From a virus, in the IMG/VR virus record IMGVR_UViG_3300011113_000500, positions 4,396-68,395 of that record: a DNA stretch of 64,000 nt. One strand, written 5' to 3'. The translations under genes were made by a program, and so were the position numbers. Below the pieces are notes generated by a model. The model was not told the DNA's origin. It did not search any database and was given only the letters and a program-made list of their open reading frames with translations. Below are positions 57,700 to 64,000 of this stretch, in pieces; within the stretch, counting starts at the first letter, position 1; every line of letters starts with the position of its first letter.

Positions 57700-58141
57700 A
57701 AGTATCGAATTTATAATCATCAGGAGTTACACGTTGCATATTATGCACGGTCGTACATAGCAAAGAATAGTCGCCATAAACAACTTTGATAGTATCTGTC
57801 TCTTTAAGTAAAGATGCTGACGGTTCTGATAACATCAATAGTATATGGCAATGAATTCTAATCATTGGCGGTATTTGAGATAACATACTAGGTGTTACTT
57901 CTAAAGAAATAAATGTAGTATTATCTTTTAAACCAAAGACCGTTTCCCAATCAAAACCTTTTATACCATAGACTAATTGCTGAACTGCAGTTGAACAAAA
58001 ATAGATATGCGCAGGAATATTATCAATACATGTAATACCTCGATCTGCTATCTCTGTTAAGTCTGAAATAAATAATGTATCAATATCAGTAAATCGTCCT
58101 TCAACTTCTTTACCGTACCAATAACCTTTGTAACCTATCAT
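57692..58141 (-). CDS. Hypothetical protein in the DNA-modification operon
   Basis: 149 aa ORF overlapping the GT start. Confidence 0.65.
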   Translation of the reverse strand: MIGYKGYWYGKEVEGRFTDIDTLFISDLTEIADRGITCIDNIPAHIYFCSTAVQQLVYGIKGFDWETVFGLKDNTTFISLEVTPSMLSQIPPMIRIHCHILLMLSEPSASLLKETDTIKVVYGDYSLLCTTVHNMQRVTPDDYKFDTYE

Positions 58142-58194
58142 ATAACTTTTTATTTTTTATTGAATCTAAATATAATAACATTCTTCTATAAATC

Positions 58195-60666
58195 CTAAGA
58201 AAAACTGAAGAATTTTCCAACATTGTTATTTTCTGGAATCTTACCCCAAGCCATGGCATTGTAAAAATCTGACAATTTATTATATAATGACGATGTAAAG
58301 ACTTTATCATAATCAACATATGTAGTAACTATATCTACAATCTGTTCTGGGTCGTCATATCCTTTCATGGCAATCTGTTCCAAGTTTAAAGGGTTCTGTT
58401 TAAGATAAGTCCATTTAATCTTTTCACCGTCAATAATTTCACGTACTGACTTGATATCGTAGTACTTTAAAAGGTCGTTATAGTTTAATGCAGCTTTGAC
58501 ATGCACAGGAGTCCCTTTAGGTCTTTGTGCAAACGGAGGAGTTCTTTTAGTTGTATACTTACTTAGTTCTTTAACTCCGGTAGGTGCCATAATATCTAAT
58601 ACCGGTACGGTTTTCATATGATCCTTGAACTTAAGTATTTTATCATCTAATGTAACCTTATCAATATCATTTAAGATATCCTTAAGTACTTCTGCCATAA
58701 ACTTACGAAATGCCGGAGGAAAACTAGATCTAACAACATCTAATCCTTTAACATCTAATCGAGATATTGTATGACCTTCTTGATTGATCAACCACTGGGC
58801 ATATCGTTTCTTTGCAATCCAAATACCTGCCTTGGCTACAAATTCTTGTTTAATGTCAAATCTATGAGATGATACGTTATGAAACTTATCAGCATAAACA
58901 TTATACGACCTATTGATAAATGATTGTACTTCACTAGCAATTTCAATAGTTTTTTCTGCCATCCATTTTTCATCTGTAGCATCAAATTCTGGATATCGTT
59001 TTTCTATAATCGGCAATGACGAAAAGAATGTCGAATCTGTATCAGTATAAATACAATAATCTTTTTCTACACCTAATTCTTTAGTATAATACTTATTACC
59101 AATATCAGCCGTAAACTTAATTAACTGCTGACCAGTACTTGTAATGGCTACTGCATTATCCGGATCGAAGAATCTAAAACCGGCATTACCTAACACTCCG
59201 TAGAACGAATTCAACAAGATCTTTGTAACTAATTGTAATCGGTCATAGTATTCTGCTTTATCAGCATCACCCTCTTTTTCAAACTTCTTTTTAAGATTTT
59301 TATAATCAACACGTTCTTGAAACCACTTATCAAGAATTGTAGGAATAAATCCTTTAGAAGTCATATCATATACAACACCATTTGCTGCAATCGACATATT
59401 ATTATCTTGCAGATACTTACGTAGTTCTTCACTTGTAGACCAGCCATTGTTACCCATACTATAATGCATACCAGTATTTCTAACATAAGCATGTCCGTCA
59501 AATTTATCTAACTTACCTACTTTTGTTTCCGGAGATACATTAAGTGTCATAATGATACTAGGATATAGAGAAGTTAAGTCAAGGTCATATATCCATTTAT
59601 AACGACCCGGATTAGGGTCTTTTACAAAGGCTCCTAACAATTCTAAAGGCTCATCTGATTCACGACGCTTTTTACTCGGAGCAACTAGATTTAATCGTTT
59701 TAAGAATGTCAATGATGCGCCGTCTAAGTATCGAGTTGAGAAATAAACATCTTCATATGGTACATGCCCTTTATGACAAATACCTCGAGCTAAATCTATC
59801 AATTTCATCTTTTGATCCAATTCAACTACAAGATGAACGTCATTTAAGTTATACTCAACGTACTTATTGATATCTGATCGCATCAAGTCATCTAAGTTAC
59901 CGTCATACTTAATCTTACCCTTACCTAATTCTTTCTGAGAGATAGCTTCTAATGAATAACTAGACTCTTCAGAATATGTAAAGTTTTTATACAGACCCAT
60001 ATAATCTAAACATGATACGCCTGCAATCTTATATCGATCTCTATGTTTCAACCATATTACATCGCTGATAGGTGATAATGTCTTTGCCTTCCTTTCACCG
60101 ACAACCTTTACCATACGATTGTATAAGTACGGAATATCAAAGAAATCAATGTTCCATCCAGTTATAATAGTAGGAGCAATTTCTTGATACTTAGTTAAAA
60201 ACTTATTTAACAATTCATACTCATCACTGCATGAATAAACATCTTTGCTAGTTTTAACAATACCAGTAGGATCTAAAATCCATACATGATTTTGATCGCC
60301 GGCTTGATCATAAATTGCAATAGATGTAATTGGATTCTCTGCAGTTTCTGCAGTAGGAAATCCTGTTGATATATCAACCTCGATATCTAAAAATATAGTT
60401 CTATGTCCTACAGAAGAATCATCTGAATCTGAATACATATCAATTAATGTACGAACTTCTGGATTAACATCGGCTTCGTATAAAGACGAATCTCCAAATT
60501 CAAAGTCATATACTTTAGTTAACTTAGTACCATCCAATGCTACATGGTCGCCATAATCTGACTTAGCATAAGCATATGGCTTATACTTAAGCTTAATATG
60601 ACCCTTTTTATCATCCCATATATGTACAGTATTATCTGTACGTCTAAACGCAACTGCTTGATACAT
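58195..60666 (-). CDS. Family B DNA polymerase (gp43-like)
   Basis: Exo FLDIE and GWNIDFFD; Pol DLTSLYPS, KILLNSFYG, YTDTDS, KKRY. Confidence 0.97.
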   Translation of the reverse strand: MYQAVAFRRTDNTVHIWDDKKGHIKLKYKPYAYAKSDYGDHVALDGTKLTKVYDFEFGDSSLYEADVNPEVRTLIDMYSDSDDSSVGHRTIFLDIEVDISTGFPTAETAENPITSIAIYDQAGDQNHVWILDPTGIVKTSKDVYSCSDEYELLNKFLTKYQEIAPTIITGWNIDFFDIPYLYNRMVKVVGERKAKTLSPISDVIWLKHRDRYKIAGVSCLDYMGLYKNFTYSEESSYSLEAISQKELGKGKIKYDGNLDDLMRSDINKYVEYNLNDVHLVVELDQKMKLIDLARGICHKGHVPYEDVYFSTRYLDGASLTFLKRLNLVAPSKKRRESDEPLELLGAFVKDPNPGRYKWIYDLDLTSLYPSIIMTLNVSPETKVGKLDKFDGHAYVRNTGMHYSMGNNGWSTSEELRKYLQDNNMSIAANGVVYDMTSKGFIPTILDKWFQERVDYKNLKKKFEKEGDADKAEYYDRLQLVTKILLNSFYGVLGNAGFRFFDPDNAVAITSTGQQLIKFTADIGNKYYTKELGVEKDYCIYTDTDSTFFSSLPIIEKRYPEFDATDEKWMAEKTIEIASEVQSFINRSYNVYADKFHNVSSHRFDIKQEFVAKAGIWIAKKRYAQWLINQEGHTISRLDVKGLDVVRSSFPPAFRKFMAEVLKDILNDIDKVTLDDKILKFKDHMKTVPVLDIMAPTGVKELSKYTTKRTPPFAQRPKGTPVHVKAALNYNDLLKYYDIKSVREIIDGEKIKWTYLKQNPLNLEQIAMKGYDDPEQIVDIVTTYVDYDKVFTSSLYNKLSDFYNAMAWGKIPENNNVGKFFSFS

Positions 60667-61181
60667 TATTTAACCTTTGGTATACTGTAAATATTTCTAT
60701 AATTTCTTTTTAATCCGTTATCGTCGAATCCATATCCAACTACCCATTCATCGCCAATTTCAAAACAGAAATGGTCTACGTCGAATGGATTACCTTTTCT
60801 ATGAACCAATGTAACTATTTTAACATCTACTGGAACTCGACTGTATACTCGTTGTAGTATTTCAATCATAGTAGCTCCAGTATCAACGATATCTTCGATA
60901 ATATAAACCCTTTTTCCTTTGAGATCAACCTCTATATCTTTAGTAAAGGTAACGCCTCCGGAATTGTCTTGACCATGATATGACTTAGGTCTAATAAAAT
61001 CTACTTCACATTCTGTACCCATATCTTTTACTAAATCAGAAAAGAATAGAAACGATCCGTTAAGTACACAGATTAGCACAGGCGGTAAAGAATTACCGCT
61101 ATTTTTATGTTCTTCAGATATTTTATGCGCCATTGCTCTGACACGGCGCTCTATTTTATACTCAGGAATTAATATTTCCAT
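60666..61181 (-). CDS. hpt: Purine phosphoribosyltransferase (HPRT-like)
   Basis: VLNGSFLFFSDL, IIEDIVDTGAT, WVVGYGFD. Confidence 0.9.
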   Translation of the reverse strand: MEILIPEYKIERRVRAMAHKISEEHKNSGNSLPPVLICVLNGSFLFFSDLVKDMGTECEVDFIRPKSYHGQDNSGGVTFTKDIEVDLKGKRVYIIEDIVDTGATMIEILQRVYSRVPVDVKIVTLVHRKGNPFDVDHFCFEIGDEWVVGYGFDDNGLKRNYRNIYSIPKVK

Positions 61182-61881
61182 AACCTCTTATAAATTCGTA
61201 AAACTCATTTCTTGTAGCCGGATCATCTTTAAATGCTCCGGTTAATTTACTTGTCTTCATACTTGCACCGCCATGTTTAACTCCACGGCATTGTACACAG
61301 TTATGAGTGGCTTCTACCATTACAGCAACGCCTTTATTATCATTGATAATAGTATCAACTGCATTATGTATTGCAACAGTTAACTGTTCTTGAATTGCGC
61401 CTCGTCTACCAAAATGCTCTACAATACGATTCAATTTACTTAATCCAACTACTTTACTATCTGCGCCTGGAATATATGCGACATGTACTCGACCCATAAT
61501 GGTTTGATGATGATGGCTACACATTGATGTTAATGGAATACCACCTTCAAACACCATACCATCATACCCGTCGCTCGGAAATGCTGTAATCTCTGGGGCT
61601 GGATTGAATCGGCCTGCCCATAAATCATTTACATATGCTTTAGCAACTCGTCTAGGAGTATCATTTGAATTAGGATCGTTTTCCCAATCCACTCCTAAAG
61701 CTGTTAAGAATTCTCCAAAAGCCTTTGCAGCTTTTTCAATAATACCTTGTTTTTCTTCGCGCGATAGTTTAGCATCAGGTCCTTCAATCAATTGTTTATC
61801 TGCCAATTGTTTTGAAATACCGTTTGCATAACCACCATGTACCGTTTCAATAGTACCGTCAATTTTTGTTTTTTGTCCCAT
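61162..61881 (-). CDS. folE: GTP cyclohydrolase I
   Basis: TPRRVAK, SMCSHH, GLSKLNR, IQEQLT, HNCVQCRG. Confidence 0.95.
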   Translation of the reverse strand: MGQKTKIDGTIETVHGGYANGISKQLADKQLIEGPDAKLSREEKQGIIEKAAKAFGEFLTALGVDWENDPNSNDTPRRVAKAYVNDLWAGRFNPAPEITAFPSDGYDGMVFEGGIPLTSMCSHHHQTIMGRVHVAYIPGADSKVVGLSKLNRIVEHFGRRGAIQEQLTVAIHNAVDTIINDNKGVAVMVEATHNCVQCRGVKHGGASMKTSKLTGAFKDDPATRNEFYEFIRGYGNINS

Positions 61882-61882
61882 G

Positions 61883-62176
61883 TTATTTATTATTTACCAT
61901 TGCAATTTCTGATTCTCGAACTAACAAATATTCTTCATCGTTAATTTTAATACGGCTTGAAGTTTCTGTTTTATGTATCATCACTTCATCGCCTTCTTTT
62001 ACAGTCATTGGAATTGTATCACCTGTTTGGGTAAACAATCCATTACCTACAGCAACTACATCCGCATAAACATAATCGCCTTCCATATCGTTCATTAGCA
62101 TAATACCGCTAACTGACTTTTCAACTTTTTCGCGTTCCTTTAATAAAACACGATCTCCTAATGGTTTCATTTTCAT
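61883..62176 (-). CDS. groS: Co-chaperonin GroES
   Basis: KPLGDRVL, VVAVGNG, VKEGDEV, YLLVRESEI. Confidence 0.92.
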   Translation of the reverse strand: MKMKPLGDRVLLKEREKVEKSVSGIMLMNDMEGDYVYADVVAVGNGLFTQTGDTIPMTVKEGDEVMIHKTETSSRIKINDEEYLLVRESEIAMVNNK

Positions 62177-62186
62177 AACTATTCCT

Positions 62187-62963
62187 TTATACTGCTCGTT
62201 TTGTATCATATGCTATAATGTGATCTCTACCTGACATATTATATCCATGTTCTGCACACAATTCAAATACTAATGGATACATTTTAATCAATTCCTCTCT
62301 ACTATCACCTGCAGGCATAATATAAGTTTTTTCTTTTGGAATTCCTAATTCTATACGGAAATTTTCTATTTCTTCCAGGCCTTCCGAAGTACCATCCCAT
62401 ACTGGCTTGTAATGATAATCTGTATGATAATCTATCATAGCACGTATCGCTTCTTTATTAAGTCTATACTTGTTATGTTGATCTACAAACTTTTGATCCA
62501 CTGTCTTACCACCCGGAGTTTTAACGCCGATATGTGGTATACTATTAGTAAACTTTGGAGAGAGCGAAACCAACCCCAACGGATAATCTGTTTTAACATA
62601 ATGAGATCCTTCTGTTTCTATAGTAATAATTATACCACGTTCATTAGCAAAATGTGTTAATTCATTAACTAATGCCGGCTGCATTGTAGGTGAACCCCCA
62701 GTTAACATCATTTCTTTTACATGAGGGTTTTCATCATACATTTTTATGATATCATTAAAAGTAAATTTACCCTTCTCCGGGTGTATTGAACTATACCAAC
62801 TATCACACCAGCCCCCTTCACCAAACCAACATCTATGGGTACAGCCTGTAACTCGTATAGCAATTGTAGGTCTACCAAATCGACTGCCTTCTGATTGTAC
62901 ACATCGGTACAATTCATTGATAGGTAAAATCTTATTATAATCTTCTATTCTTCCTAGTTTCAT
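62187..62963 (-). CDS. queE: 7-carboxy-7-deazaguanine synthase (radical SAM)
   Basis: VQSEG, RVTGCTHRC...WCDS, LTGGSP, IETEG, LSPK. Confidence 0.9.
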   Translation of the reverse strand: MKLGRIEDYNKILPINELYRCVQSEGSRFGRPTIAIRVTGCTHRCWFGEGGWCDSWYSSIHPEKGKFTFNDIIKMYDENPHVKEMMLTGGSPTMQPALVNELTHFANERGIIITIETEGSHYVKTDYPLGLVSLSPKFTNSIPHIGVKTPGGKTVDQKFVDQHNKYRLNKEAIRAMIDYHTDYHYKPVWDGTSEGLEEIENFRIELGIPKEKTYIMPAGDSREELIKMYPLVFELCAEHGYNMSGRDHIIAYDTKRAV

Positions 62964-63442
62964 ATCTCTTCGTATATTGAACTGTTATTGTCATTTTCAA
63001 AACATTCTACTTTGATACATTTGCATCGGCCGGCATCTGTTTTAGATAGTACATCGTTAAAGTGTTCATAGACCATTCTAGCAGCACTCTCTGCTCCTAT
63101 CTTATCCATTATCACTAACTTACACAAGCCTTCCATTTGCATTGTTTGAAACAAATCTAAATACGGATCATCCTTTTCAATTAACATAGTATGATCCCAT
63201 TTATCATTCATCCAATCTTTTAAACCATTGCCTTGCGGCGGTGCTTTAAATCCACCGTAATCAACAATCCAATTCATATCATCTAACTGTTTATCGATAT
63301 CCGGTTCGACACTTGCAAACCATACTTTAAATTTTAAAGCATAGCCATGTAATAATTGACAATGCGAATGTTGTGCTTTCCATTGTCTAATTGCTACAGA
63401 ATAATTTTCAAATAATTTAGTAGATATATATCTTGTCGCCAT
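62960..63442 (-). CDS. queD: 6-carboxytetrahydropterin synthase
   Basis: HCQLLHGY, WIVDYG, WDH, GAE, FEND. Confidence 0.85.
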   Translation of the reverse strand: MATRYISTKLFENYSVAIRQWKAQHSHCQLLHGYALKFKVWFASVEPDIDKQLDDMNWIVDYGGFKAPPQGNGLKDWMNDKWDHTMLIEKDDPYLDLFQTMQMEGLCKLVIMDKIGAESAARMVYEHFNDVLSKTDAGRCKCIKVECFENDNNSSIYEEI

Positions 63443-63443
63443 A

Positions 63444-63695
63444 TTATCCTTTATTATAAAAGTCTATTACTTGCTGTTTTGATTTAACGCCTCCAAATCT
63501 ATCCAACTCAACTCCTTCTTCATTTACTAGAATTACAGTTGGAACGCTTCTAATATGAAATGAATTAGTTTCTAATGCATCGATATCGACATCATACTTA
63601 GTAACCGGCAATTCATTTGCTATTTCGTCCATTAATGGACCGAACATTTTGCATGGACCGCACCATGTTGCACTGAAATAAAGTAATGTTTTCAT
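63444..63695 (-). CDS. trxA: Thioredoxin
   Basis: WCGPCK, IRSVPT. Confidence 0.92.
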   Translation of the reverse strand: MKTLLYFSATWCGPCKMFGPLMDEIANELPVTKYDVDIDALETNSFHIRSVPTVILVNEEGVELDRFGGVKSKQQVIDFYNKG

Positions 63696-63696
63696 A

Positions 63697-63984
63697 TTAT
63701 GAATTATAAGTCCAGGCTAAATAATACTTTCTACCATGCAATAAATGTGTACCCATATAAGAATACTCGTCAGAAAATTCTGACATGTAATTTAACATAG
63801 TGTTGTAGTCATTGAATATTGTAAAGTTACTTGCACCTGGAAACAATGATTGAAATGACTTACCTGACTGCTTATATGATCGATCTGTTATTGTTTCATA
63901 TAACATAGACTTTAGATAGTCTTGATCACAAAAAGCTAGCTTTCGTAGTTCGAAAGCAAATTCTACATCTTTAAACTTTATCAT
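63697..63984 (-). CDS. Hypothetical protein
   Basis: 95 aa ORF. Confidence 0.55.
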   Translation of the reverse strand: MIKFKDVEFAFELRKLAFCDQDYLKSMLYETITDRSYKQSGKSFQSLFPGASNFTIFNDYNTMLNYMSEFSDEYSYMGTHLLHGRKYYLAWTYNS

Positions 63985-64000
63985 ATAACTTATTTTTAAT

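Noticed and set aside
485-62940. Plus-strand ORFs in the supplied track
   Set aside because: They are antisense shadows of minus-strand genes or RNAs, with no recognisable motifs.
1-64000. Stop-codon reassignment
   Set aside because: Long conserved genes are intact in the standard code; TAA, TGA and TAG all end genes; no suppressor tRNA was seen.

Overview
The window is AT-rich, gene-dense and almost entirely minus-strand. It reads as a segment of a large lytic dsDNA phage, with a T4-like replisome (family B polymerase, sliding clamp, clamp loader), a lysis cassette, tRNAs and GroEL/ES. The host is probably Bacteroidota: promoters fit TTTG-N~21-TAnnTTT(A/G), Shine-Dalgarno sites are rarely obvious, and one protein has a type IX secretion C-terminal domain. 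Layout: (i) 1-20 kb, small early/accessory genes, RNA repair and lysis, punctuated by a dispersed promoter module carrying tandem 25-bp palindromes; (ii) 20.1-23.1 kb, an RNA island with four tRNAs, two tRNA mimics with non-canonical anticodon arms, small structured spacers, a ~900-nt GOLLD-like ncRNA, and an HNH gene that splits and rebuilds tRNA-Leu; (iii) 23-29.9 kb, host-takeover and probable virion proteins including a superoxide dismutase with a putative capsid-targeting leader; (iv) 29.9-49.4 kb, a glycan biosynthesis island; (v) 49.4-64 kb, replication genes interleaved with a 7-deazaguanine pathway (FolE, QueD, QueE, TGT/DpdA-like enzyme, glycosyltransferase, PRTase; a DpdL-like gene lies at 23.8 kb). 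All assignments come from motif recognition by eye; no searches were run.
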